Assembly: GCF_963676685.1 (NCBI RefSeq)
Contig: NC_092345.1
Location: 19,282,001 to 19,346,000 of the forward strand
DNA length: 64,000 bases
Direction of reading: 5' to 3'
DNA from: Mytilus edulis
Lineage: Eukaryota
The translations under genes were made by a program, and so were the position numbers. Below are positions 13,976 through 26,475 of the stretch, piece by piece. The stretch's first letter is position 1. Every line of letters begins with the position of its first letter. The notes beneath the pieces are model-generated. The model did no database searches and was not told the DNA's origin. It was given only the letters and a program-made list of their open reading frames with translations.

Positions 13976-14897
13976 TTTTTAGCTTACCTGACCTGAAAGG
14001 TCAAGTGAGTTTTTCTCATCACTTGGTGTCCGTCGTCCTGCGTCCGTAAACTTTTACAAAAATCTTCTCTGAAACTAATGGGTCAAATTTAACCAAACTT
14101 GGCCACAATCATCCTTGGGGTATCTAGTTTAAAAATTGTGTCCGATGACCTGGCCATCAAACCAAGATGGCCCCCATGGCTAAAAATAGAACACAGGGGT
14201 AAAATGTATATTTTGGCTTATATCTTTAAAACCAAAGCATTTAGAGCAAATCTGACACAGATAAAATTGTTGATCAGGTCAAGAATTATCTGCCCTGGAA
14301 TTTTCAGACGAATTGGACCACCCGTTGTTGGGTTGCTGCCCCTGAATACGTAATTTTAAGGAAATTTTGCAGTTTTTGGTTATCTTGAATACTATTATAG
14401 ATAGAGATAAACTGTAAACAGCAATAATGTTCAGCAAAATAAGACCTACAAATAAGTCAACATGACCAAAATGGTCAGTCAACCCCTTAAGGAGTTATTG
14501 CCCTTTATAGTCAATTTTAACAACTTTTTCGTCATTTTTTGTAAATTGTACAAAAATCTTCTTCTCTGAAACTACCGGGCCAAATTTAAACTAACTTGGC
14601 CACAATCATAATTGTGGTATATAGTTTTAAAAATGTGTCCGATGACCCCACCTACCAAACAAAATGGCCGACATGGCTAAAATTAGAACATAGTGGTAAA
14701 AAAAATATCTTTGAAACTAAGACATTTAGGGCAAATCTTTCCATCAGAATAAGATCTATCCCCTCACAAATTTTCAGATGAATCCAACGACGGGTTGTTG
14801 GGTTGCTGCCCTAAAATTGGTAATTTTAATGAAATTTTGCAGTTTTTATACGACCGCAAAAATTTTAATTTTTTGGTCGTATATTGCTATCACGTTG

Positions 14898-14938
<41 letters not shown>

Positions 14939-17278
14939 CGAATACTTTTAGTTTTCGCACTCTAACTTTAGTAAAAGTGAATAGAAATCAATGAAATTTT
15001 AACACAAGGTTTATGACCACAAAAGGAAGGTTGGGATTGATTTTGGGAGTTTTTGTCCCAATATTTTAGGAATTAGGGGCCGCCAAAAAGGGCCCAAATA
15101 AGCATTTTCTTGGTTTTCGCACTATAACTTTAGTTTAAGTGAATAGAAATCTATGAAATTTTGACACAAGGTTTATGACCACAAAAGGACGGTTGGGATT
15201 GATTTTGGGAGTTTTGGTTCTAACAGTTTAGGAATTAAGGGCCAAAAAAGGGCCCAAATAAGCATTATTCTTGGTTTTCGCACAATAACTTTAGTATAAG
15301 TAAATAGAAATCAATGAAATTTAAACACAAGGTTTATGACCATAAAAGGAAGGTTGGGTTTGATTTTGGGAGTTTTGGTCCCAACAGTTTAGGAATAAGG
15401 CGCCCAAAGGGTCCAAAATTGAACTTTGTGTGATTTCATTAAAAATTGAATAATTGGGGTTCTTTGATATGCCGAATCTAACTATGTATGTATATTCTTA
15501 ATTTTTGGTCCCGTTTTCAAATTGGTCTACATTAAGGTCAAAAGGGTCCAAAATTAAACTTAGTTTGATTTTAACAAAAATTGAATCTTTGGGGTTCTTT
15601 GATATGCTGAATTTAAAAATGTACTTAGATTTTTAATTATTGGCCTAGTTTTCAAGTTGGTCCAAATGGGGGTCCAAAATTAAACTTTGTTTGATTTCAT
15701 CAAAAATTGAATAAATGGGTTCTTTGATATGCCAAATCTAACTGTGTATGTAGATTCTTAATTTTTGGTCCAGTTTTCAAATTGGTCTACATTAAGGACC
15801 AAAGGGTACAAAATTAAACTAAGTTTGATTTTAACAAAAATTAAATTCTTGGGCTTATTTGATATGCTTTATCTAAACATGTACTTTGATTTCAAGTTGG
15901 TCCAAATCAGGATTCCATATCAAGTATTGTGCAATAGCAAGAAATTTTCAATTGCACAGTATTGCACAATAGCAAGAAATATCTAATTGCACAATATTGT
16001 GCAATAGCAATTAATTTTCAATTGGAGTTATCTTTCTTTGTATAGAATAGTAGTTGATAATATATGTTGGAAATTTGCCAGACATGACTATGATGTCATT
16101 TTCTATTTTTATTTGCCAATAACTTTATGTAAATAACTTCATTGGAAATTTGCCAATATAAAATGTTGCTGATGAAGCTTTTTTTCCTTATCTTATCTAA
16201 AATGTTTTTAGATAATGTATGTTGGACATTTGCCAGACATGACTATGATGTCATTTTCTATTTTTATTTGCCAATAACTTTATGTAAATAACTTCATTGG
16301 AAATTTGCCAATATTAAATGTTGCTGATGAAGTTTTTTTTATTGTTTTATACAATAAACAATGTATATTCACTTTTACTACCAACCAATCTTTACCATTC
16401 AGTGATAACAAGCACTTTATTTTACATTTTAATATTTTATGATGTATTTAAAAGAGTAGTTATTGTTGCAAACTCCATTAGAAATTTGAATTGATATCAG
16501 TTTTGGAAAAAGGGAAACGGGGATGTGAAAAAAGGGGGGGTGTAAATTTTTCTCATTTCAGATTTCATAAATAAAAAGAAAATTTCTTCAAACATTTTTT
16601 TAGAGGATTAATATTCAACAGCATAGTGAATTGCTCAAAGGCAAAAAAAAAATTTAAGTTCATTAGACCACATTCATTCTGTGTCAGAAACCTATGCTGT
16701 GTCAACTATTTAATTTTAGATTTAAATAAGTTTGAAGAAGAAATCTTTAATTGATTTGTAAAATCTTGACATTTGTTTTGTGTAAAAAAAAACATGTAAT
16801 GTCAAAAATTTGATCACAATCCAAATTCAGAGCTGTATCACGCTTGAATGTTTTGTCCATACTTGCCCCAACTGTTCAGGGTTCGACCTCTGCGGTCGTA
16901 TAAAGCTGCGCCCTGCGGAGCACCTGGTTTGTTATTATCTTGAATACTATTATAGATAGAGATAAACTGTAAACAGCATTAATGTTCAGCAAAGTAAGAT
17001 CTACAAATAAGTTAACATGACCAAAATTGTCAGAGAACCCCTTAAGGAGTTAATGTCTTTTATAGTCAATATTGAACAACTTTTCGTCATTTTTTGTAAC
17101 TTGTACAAAAATCTTCTTTTCTAAAACTGGGCCAAATTTAACCAAACTTGGCCACAATCATTACTAGGGTATCTATTTAAAAAAAAGTGTCTAATGACCC
17201 CGCCTACCAACCAAGATGGCCGTTATCAGTAAATACAGTAACAGGTGAGCGACACAGGCTCTTGAGAGCCTCTAGTTT
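13976..17278 (+). mobile_element. Helentron-associated interspersed element (HINE/DINE-1-like), family A, host of a nested HINE
   Basis: 5' ttttagcttacctg sub-TIR with nearby IR (gtgag) and GTC microsatellite; internal repeats; 3' caggtgagcga sub-TIR followed by hairpin aggctc-ttga-gagcct; T-rich flanks. Confidence 0.8.
14843..16929 (+). mobile_element. HINE family B carrying ~160-bp and ~130-bp internal tandem repeats, nested in HINE A
   Basis: 5' tttatacgaccgca, IR tggtcgtata, ~13 GTC triplets, tandem cores, 3' tgcggtcgtataaa plus hairpin gctgcgccctgcggagc. The host sequence gaaattttgcagttttt|gttat..cttgaatactat is seen uninterrupted at 14361-14400. Confidence 0.85.
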
Positions 17279-17663
17279 ATTAGATCTATCAGATACCTAC
17301 CATCCTATTGCCGATACTTTGAATTTTTGATATCTTTATCAAACTTATTTTTTGTCATTTTATTTATATTTATATATCTTTGCCCGAAGGGCAGTGCGAG
17401 CCCTTGTAATAACGTTCCGTTCGTCGCCCGTTAAATTTTCCTTAAAAATCTTCTCTGATTGAAACCAAAGTTTTTTTCATATTTTATTGGATGTCAACTA
17501 CAAAGTTTGTTAAATTTTAGACATCTGTCCACCTGTTCTAAAATGATCATCAGGACAAAAAAGAATCAAATATTTGAGGAAAATCTAATAACTTGTTTTG
17601 GATTATTTGCACCTGATATATCGATTCTCCCCCATTCTGTAGTACTATTGGTGGGGTTCGTGT

Positions 17664-19144
17664 TACACAAGTATTCCACACTCCAAACTAAAAGAAAAAT
17701 TGAAAGAGTTGGTATTGCTTTGCTTCATAAAAAATAATGGCCAACGTAGATACAAGTATCTCGTCTTAGGGAGGGATAAATCCTACTTTGTAAAGAATCA
17801 CTCTGATTCAAACAAAAAATTCTCTGGAACTGATATTATCAAGATGCTTGATTCCTTGATTGACAACATATTTGTTACGTTCGGAAGACGTGTTTTTCAA
17901 CAGACTGTCGGCATTCCAATGGGAACAAATTGTGCCCCTCTACTTGCCGACTTGTTTCTTTATTATAATGAGGCTGACTTCATGCAGGAACTTCTTAGGA
18001 AGAAAGATAAAAAGTTAGCGATATCCTTTAACTCTACTTTCCTCTATATAGATAATGTTCTTTCACTAAATAATTCAAAATTTGCTGACTATGTGGAATG
18101 CATCTATCCCATCGAACTAGAGAAAAATAAAATTGAGAATGGAAATGGGGAATGTGTCAAAGAGACAACAACCCGACCAAATAAAAAACAACAGCAGAGG
18201 GTCACCAACAAAAAGGATACTACAGATACAGTTAAGTCGGCCTCATTTCTTGACTTACATCTAGAAATTGACAATGAGGGTCGGTTGAAAACAAAACTTT
18301 ATGACAAAAGAGATGATTTCAGCTTTCCAATTGTGAACTTTTAATTTCTAAGTAGCAACATTCCAGCAGCACCTGCATACTGGGTATATATATCCCAATT
18401 GATACGATATTCCCGTGCTTGCATTTTACTATCAGGATTTTCTTTATATAGGGTTGCTGCTCACAAGGAAGCTATTAAACCAAGAGTTCCAAATGGTGAA
18501 GTTGAAATCATCCCTTCGTAAATTTTACGGACGCCATCACGAGTTGGTTGACCGTTATGGAATAACCGTTTCACAAATGATATCGGATATGTTCGAATTC
18601 CTTACGTCGTAAGGGAGCTACCATTTGATTTTTATGGGGGGAGGGCAAGGATGAAATATGAACAAAATAGGCAGGACAGGAGTTTTGAGTAAAAAAAAAA
18701 GTCAGGATGACAATTTGTGTAAAAAAAGTAAGGATAAACTAGTAAAAAACGAGGCAGGACCGAATAGAGTAACAAATAAAAAGGCAGGACAGAGATTACA
18801 ACTAAAAAAAAAGCAGGACAAAATAAAAAATCAAATGGTAGCTCCCTTACTATAATCCCCTTCCCTTTCACGAATGTGACCTACAGAATTTACCGGATTT
18901 GTTATCACATAACAAGTACACGACGGGTGCCACATGTGGAGCAGGATCTGTTTACCCTTCCGGAGCACCTGAGATCATCCCTAGTTTTTGGTGGGGTTCG
19001 TGTTGTTTATTCTTTAGTTTTCTATGTTGTGTCATGTGTACTATTGTTTGTCTGTTTGTCTTTTTCATTTTTAGCCATGGCGTTGTTAGTTTATTTTCGA
19101 TTTATGAGTTTGACTGTCCCTTTTGTATCTTTCGTCCCTCTTTT
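17664..19144 (+). mobile_element. 5'-truncated Penelope-like retroelement relic (RT C-half plus 3' tail) with two nested insertions
   Basis: YTSIPHSKL...QTVGIPMGTNCAPLLADLFL...YIDN (YIDD mutated)...SASFLDL...KLYDKRDDFSFPIVNF*...AYWVYISQLIRY; premature stop at 18342-18344. A 17-bp piece of the tail (18988-19004) recurs at the 5' junction (17648-17664). Confidence 0.85.
18613..18846. mobile_element. MITE (PIF/Harbinger Tourist-like) nested in the Penelope-like relic
   Basis: TIRs gggagctaccatttgatttt / aaaatcaaatggtagctccc; flanks TAA and TTA; internal gcaggac repeats. Confidence 0.85.
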
Positions 19145-20639
19145 GGCTGGTATAGTGAAAATTAGAATAGGTTAAAAGTGTAAAAGGCAAAAGGATCCGT
19201 CAGTCCAGCTCTGAAATTTTGATTTTACTGGGTTTTTTTTTGTAGTTTTGATTGTTATCTAAAAACTATAAGTTGATGGTCCGATCTAGGTTAAATATGT
19301 AAATTGCAGAAATGGTTAGCAATATAAAAAAAGTAACTAGGTATGTGCATTTAAAAGTAATAATTGGCGTTTTTTTTTACACATAGTGAGCGATACAAGC
19401 ACTGGGGTACCTTTTGACTCGAGTATTACTGAACAGAATGACTTCAGATTTAGTTCAACAGCTTGTATAACATAAGGTAGCAATAAACAGTTAGGGAAAA
19501 AAATAAAATGTTCCCTCATAAATTTTACCATCCCCCTTGCGAAGTACTTCTTAATGTGCTGGCGAAATCCCTGGTTACTAACTGCTCACCAGCATTTCGA
19601 CAAATAATGTCTCCTGCTCCAGGACAAAAATATATTGGAATATCCAAGATATAATACAAATGTAACGTGTGACCACATTTCGGATACAATAGATTGGATT
19701 GCGAGAGGCTGTATGCTTAGCACAACAACGCATGCGTTATTGTTAAACCTTTAATTTGCGAAGACTTTGTAATTACTTTAACGGCAATACAATTCGAATA
19801 TACATGTTCATGTTTAAGATCGTTTAGGATTACAGACATTGTAACACATAGGCAATCTATTGATGAAACACAAAAAAAGCCTTTGGAGACTATCTACTCA
19901 ATGAAAGACTCCGAGTGTTGTATGTTAATTGGTAGTGGACAACAGAACAAAGAAATTACTTTCAATAAATGAATATCAGGAACACATATATTTTAATGAA
20001 GAACTAGATATTGAAAATGCCCCCTTTTTTCTGCTGTGCCATATGCATGAGTAAAGTTTCACATATTTCATATTTGACAAACAGTGATGTTGGCACACAA
20101 CTTGAAATTGTAACGCTGTTTATAAGACATAAATGATAACCCGTCTGACCATAGGAAATTATAGATTTTAACACTATGTATGAAGATGTAAAAGTAGGAG
20201 GAGATAGCCGGACAAACCATGCATGATCTTTATATGCAGCTGGTTAAAATCCAACTACCCGTCATTTTCAGAACATTTGAAGAAAAAAAATCAAAAGAAG
20301 AAAACGCAAAATTATATAAAAACCGGTCTACAGCAATTATTATTACAGTCAAACCTGGGTAAACCGGACCCTGAATAAACAAAATTCCTCTCTATTCCGG
20401 TCAAAAATTAGGGTCTCAATATTTTTACATGTAGAAACAAATGAAGCCAAAATGATTTTTGACGGCGGTAGGAAAAAAGGGGGGAAGGAAACAATTCGAT
20501 ACGAGTTGAAGACCAGCGGAAAGGAAATAATCAGCGGAACATCTGAACAGTATAAAAATAATGAATACATCAAACTATAAAGAACTCTTGTTGGAAATTA
20601 AAAAACCTGAAACGAACCAAATATAAACAGCATGCAGTA

Positions 20640-22100
20640 ACTGTCATTTCCTAGATTTAAATATTTCAGTTTCACACGGGAAACTACACACACAAAAATT
20701 ACGACAGAATGTACGTCGTATTCCGTCGTCTGTCATCGTCTGTCCAATACTATTTCAAAAATCATCGCCTCTGAAACTACTGGGCCAAATTCCTTAAAAC
20801 TTTTTACTAAATGAATCCTTAGGGTTTTATAAATTGTTTCCGAAGATTTGATCCCTCGATAAACATTGCCGCCGTGGCTAAAAAAAGAACATAGGGGTCA
20901 AATGCAGTTTTTGGCTTTTTGGCTTATATCACACAAATTGTTCATCAAGTTTGCTAACATTCAAAAATATTCTCCTCTGAAACTGTTGTGCCTAAACCTT
21001 CTTAAGTTTAAATGAATGTTCCTTTGGGAATCTAGTCTTTTAATTATATCCGATTTTTGTATTCATCAACAAACGTTGCCGCCATGGCTAAAAATAGAAC
21101 ATAGGGGTCGAATACAGTTTTTGGCTTATATCTTAGAAACTATTTAGCATTTAGAGCAAATATGACATGGGGTTTTGATGTTTAAAATCTCAAGATCTAT
21201 CGGCCCTAAAATTTTCAGACAAACCAAACAACCCATTAGTGCTACGTTCCTTTGTGTGTTAATATGAGTTTTTAGTGGGTGCGGGTGTATATTTGTATAT
21301 TGCGCATTATCCATCCTACTATGTAGGAGGCGCCGATCTAGAACGGCGATTCATAACTGTAGAAAGAAAGCTGCCACCAAATTGGTTATTTTGAGGAAAT
21401 TTTGCTGTTTTTGGTTATTATCTTAATATTATTAAAGATAAAGATAAACTGTAAACAGCAAAACTGTTCAGCAAAGTAAGATCTACAAAACATAGACACT
21501 ATAATATGGCTCAAATGGAACATATCATGGAGAAAACGCATTTATTTGCTTTTAAAGAAAATATGACAGATACAATGAACATTTAAATGGCATTTTTAAG
21601 CCACTCATTAATATATATTGAAAAGCAAAAATAATCATTGATGAAAGATTTAAACAAAAAAATAACAGGTGAGCGATTCAGGCTCTTAAGAGCCTGTTGT
21701 TTATTTTCTTTTTTTGCCGGAACATTGATGTTCCTTTGCCACAGCGAAAGGTGTTTATAAATACATACTCGAAAAGACGTTCCCTCTGTAGTGACGTTTT
21801 GCATTTCATTGAATGTAATCCAGCTATTTTCGTTACTTAACTATACTTACTTCTTCCATAGATACAGATATTTGTTTTGGAATTTTGACTGTACCTTTAG
21901 GAAACATTTTTCAAAAGGGCTAGCACATCCTAATTTTTACGGTGATATTGTTTACCGAGCCCGCAAATTAAGATACGATCCGGGTAAACGTATCGATATT
22001 TTAAATAAACTTATTCTAAAAGGTTACCAATTCAAGATTTTGAATATTATTTTTATCATTAAACATATTGGTTTTGTTGTCAATGAACAAAACACACTTT
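20640..22100 (+). mobile_element. Degraded Penelope-like RT C-terminal fragment (different family) interrupted by a HINE
   Basis: CHFLDLNISVSHGKLH..KIYDR at ~20640-20710, and after the HINE HPNFYGDIVYRARK...LNKLILKGY (21791-22102 ORF). Confidence 0.55.
20714..21702 (+). mobile_element. Degraded HINE family A copy
   Basis: GTC/GTCT microsatellite start; cores shared with 13976-17278 (gccatggctaaaaatagaacatagggg, gataaactgtaaacagc); 3' caggtgagcgattcaggctcttaagagcct hairpin. Confidence 0.75.
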
Positions 22101-25100
22101 AAGGTACATTAACGGTCCTGTAATCAGGTGACACATAGTTTTGTGTTGCAAAAGATCTTGTTTTTCTCCGACTGACGTCTTTGCATACAATCCATTGGAT
22201 GTTGGGTTTGAACTGGTTGATAGTTTAGTCTTGCATAGGTGTAAACCGATATTATATATTTATTATTTCCTTCCATGCCCTTTCTTATCATATCTTATTA
22301 TAAAATTCGTTTACTCCCATGCTCGTCCAAAATAACCTTTTCTCGTATTCCAAAATTTGATTCGTTCGGATATTTTTTGTTTGTTTAAGTATTTTAAAAA
22401 TTTAATAACACAACTTACATTGTAATTTAACCCAAATTGTTAACAGTATGCATTGTTCAATCAATGCATTGTTCAATCAAATTATGCATTGAAACAATCA
22501 ATAAAAACTTTTGCACGGATGAGTACATGATCTAACACATACCAAAAGACTTCAATGCATACGACTTTGACTAAATATAATGTTATTTTAATGAACACTT
22601 AAGTGAATATTTTGATGCGTACGGGCACTGGTATACTATGAATTCATTCCCAATAATAATAAAACAAACCACTGAACGAAATAAAAACAACAAAAAGAAA
22701 TAACAGATGCCTTGAGTTCGGCAGTTTGAACATGAATCTAAGTTATTCCTCTTTGTATACTGAAGTAAGACTCATCAGGTATTATATAAAGCGAACGTGC
22801 AATAAAATATGGACGCAAATTATGATATACTGTTTATAATGTTAGTAAAATTTGTGTTAATTATTTGTTTACTATTTTCAACAGTGCCTGTACATGGAGT
22901 AGTGGCCTGCTGCAAGGAAAATTGTCTGTCCCTATCCAATACACCCTCATTTTTCAGTGGCAGTCCAAATTTTCACGGCCATCATTCCAGTCGTCCTTCT
23001 ATTACATGCTCGACCTATCTATTGTATGAATTGTTAATTTGATCTCGTCCCAAATACATGAAGTATTTGCCACTGGACTTTGAGCAATTAAGTATCAAGA
23101 TAAATGTATATGGAGTACTAGTATACATAAGCCGGTACGATACACTAGAGTTTGCGTTTCTTATCATGTTTCTCTTGAAAAAAGGTTTGCTGCTGGCAAA
23201 GAATCGATTAAATTAACGGTCTCAAATGGTGAAGCTGAAATCATCTCATTAAAAGCATTATGTCGTATCTATAATAATTAATTTACATATAGCCTACATC
23301 TTGTATTAGTATCATGGTATGGGTTCATTATGTTTCAGGTTAGAAAAGTTAATAAACTCGAACAGTTACAATTGAAGATGGAAGTTATCAAATAAACTTT
23401 AACAACGCAGTCTGTTGGAGGGACATATTAGATAATTTGCATACGGATTACAAAGAAAATAAAAGTAGGTGGTTAATGTATGTGTGTTAACAGAACAAAA
23501 GCGACCACACAACACACTCTTTGATTTTTCGTCATCTCTTAGTAAACAGTTGAGTCCAAATACAAAACAGGGAGACTGACCATTTGGTTGTAGATTTCTT
23601 TCTGACTTCTGGTGGATAACAACAAAACAAAGGATGTCCTTGCTTTTTGTGTTTTTTTGTTTGTTTTGCTTTTACTGATTTTGCGTCATGGGTGAATATC
23701 CCATATCCTTTCTCCTTATTTTTAAATTATTGTATATTATTGAATGAACAAAACATTGTGAACAAGGGCGTCGTCGTCTTCGGTCTGGGTAATATTATCT
23801 GAATTGTTGTTTGTGTGTGTGTGTGTGTGTTTGTTTGTTTTTTTTTATATATTTTTTACTTGCTCCTATATCATTTCTTCTTTTTTTAATGAGATTTCAA
23901 CTCCAGTTTGGCCAAATGGTCAATGATAGCTTCTTGAGTTACACAGATTACCATGTGAATTTGATAATATTTGTTTTGCAAATTACGTTCATATCGTTAG
24001 GTACGGTAAAACAAAACATACAGTACAACACAGTTTTAACAATAAAGTCAAGAATTACATGTATAAACATTGAACAAGCACATAAAGGTTGTAGTTGTGG
24101 AAAGATATGCAAGAATGAGAACGGACTCAAGATTCATCGCAAAAAGATGGGCTGTTCAGGGGCACAAATTCTTGAACGATGCAAAGGGCCACCTGATGAA
24201 ATGAACCAGAAAACACAACACAGTGTTCAACACCTCCATGTTTAAGAGGAGGAAGTCACAGAAGAAGACGATGTTCATGACAAGTTAGGAATTAATCTTA
24301 ACAGTCAACAGGAAGGAGAGAAAAATCAATGGAAAGAAGAAGACCAACCAACACCACGAATTAAGTGACCAACAGCAGCTTGTAAGAAAGAATGGATTAA
24401 GTTTGATGAGGAAGCATCAAAACTGTTACATTCAGCATTAACAGGAGGTATAGACAGAAAGATAAAGTGCTACAAGAAAGCAGCGCTATATGAACGAGAG
24501 GCATTAAAAGAGCTAAGATGTCAACAGGAGAGAATACAAACGCTGAAGAGAGCAGATAACTTAAGAAAGAACCGAAGGAAAAGAGCTCTCAATTTACATC
24601 TTTGTAAAGAAACTTCTTGTATATAAAAGATCAGGCCAGTATGATTGTCCAAGAGAAGAGGTTGAACATTATATGAGAGACACTCACAGCGATCAAGACA
24701 GAGAAAGAGATCTAGGAGACCGACCCAGATTGATAAAACCAGATGAAACAACAGTAGAGTTTTTAAATATGTCAGAACCAAAACTTCATGAAGTGATGTC
24801 AACTTTTAAAAAAGCGAGAGCAGCATCAGCACCAGGACCAAACGTTATTCCATACAGAGTTTATAAGAACTGTCCATTCCTCGCAAACCAACTATAGAGA
24901 CTTATCAAAGTAATATTGATAAGAAATCGGTTACCAAATGAGTGGTTTTATTTCAAAGGAGGGAGAGTCTAAAGAGCTGAAACAGTTTAGAACCATATCA
25001 CTTTTCAACGTTGAGAGAAAGATTTGTGTATCAATCTTCGCAAAACGGGTTTCAACCTATATGCTTGAGAACAACTATATTGACACCTCAGTTCAGAAAG

Positions 25101-26095
25101 GTGGGGTACCAGGAGTAACAGGGTACCTCAAACATACAAACATTTTAAAAAAGATTTTCAAGGAAGCCAAAGAGAACAAAGATGATTCGAATGACCTGTG
25201 GTTAGACCTGGCAAACGCTTACGGAAGCAAACCACACAAGCTAGAAGACTTAACCCAGAAGAAATACCACATCCCTGGTAAGGTTAAAGAAATGCTTCAG
25301 CACTATTTCAACAACTTTATAATGAAGTTAACAGTTGCAGACTACATAACAGCACGGCAAAGTCTATAAGTCGGCATTTTTATAGGATGCACCATATCCG
25401 TAGTCTTATTCTCAGCAGCAATGAATATGCTACCAAAATCAGCAGAAAAGATAAGCAGGTGACCAGTAATGTCATCTGGGGTCAGTCACTACCAACAAGA
25501 GCATTCATGGATGACATGAAAATAACAGCAATGTCAGTCCTGGAAGGTAAGTGGATGCTACAAGATCGGTGTGAGCTTGTAGACTTGACACGCATAAGGT
25601 TCTTGAAAGCCTTCAAAGTGAAGGAGTCTGATATTGAAGAAAAGAAAGTGCAGAACAGAAAAATCAGAATTGGAGGAGATATCATTCCAACAAGCATAGG
25701 AAAACCAGTCAAAAACTTGGGCAAGTGGTTTAGAGACAGCGAAAGTATATATGAGATGGTACAACAGGCAGGAAAGTGGATGGACATTATTGACAAGTCT
25801 GGTTTACCTGTAAGTGCAAGGCATGGTGCATATCAGTATAGAAAATTTTAGAGAGGATTTGCAACAGACATTTACGCAAATGGCTTAGGGTTCCAAAGAG
25901 AATTAGCAGCATTGGTTTGTACAGTTCAGTACAAAACTTCAACAACTACTGTCTTCTATTAAAGAAGAGTTGAAAGTCACCAAAACCAGACAAGTTAAAA
26001 ATCCTTTCACGGATTTGGCTATACTTTTTGGACCTTTTGGATTAAAGCTCTTCATCTTTTATATAAGCTTCGGATTTCAAATATGTTGGCTACGA

Positions 26096-26139
26096 GCATC
26101 ACTGAAGAGACATATATTGTCGAAATGCGCCTCTGGTGC
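26096..26139 (+). ncRNA. Type I hammerhead ribozyme motif, copy 1
   Basis: GCATCA-CTGAAGA-GACA-TATAT-TGTC-GAAA-TGCGCC-TC-TGGTGC: stem I GCAUCA/UGGUGC, CUGANGA core, stem II GACA/UGUC, GAAA, short stem III, UC cleavage site. Confidence 0.85.
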
Positions 26140-26437
26140 AGGAAAATTGGTACCGTTAATGTTATTCCTACCACTGGGTAGATGCCTCTGCTGGTGGACT
26201 GTTAGTCCCCGACGGTATCACCACCTCAGTAGCCAGTACTTCGATACTGGCATGAAAATGCGGATTTTTTGTATTATCAAAATTTGCTGTTACAAAACGT
26301 TAGAAACTATTATAAATTAAGGAATGTATCTCCCTCATGCAAAGCTCTGATTCGTTTCACGGATTTGGCTTTACTTTGTGGACCTTTTGGATCATAGCTC
26401 TTCATCTTTTATATAAGCTTTGGATTTCAAATATTTA

Positions 26438-26475
26438 CTGAAGAGACATGTATTGTCGAAATGCGCATCTGGTGC
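26438..26475 (+). ncRNA. Type I hammerhead ribozyme motif, copy 2 (5' strand of stem I deleted)
   Basis: CTGAAGA-GACA-TGTAT-TGTC-GAAA-TGCGCA-TC-TGGTGC with palindromic stem III TGCGCA. The upstream GCATC is lost in a ~14-bp deletion relative to copy 1. Confidence 0.75.

Noticed and set aside
22750-22782. Minus-strand CTGATGAGTC as a hammerhead
   Set aside because: The matching GAC-GAAA half is missing; at most a decayed remnant.
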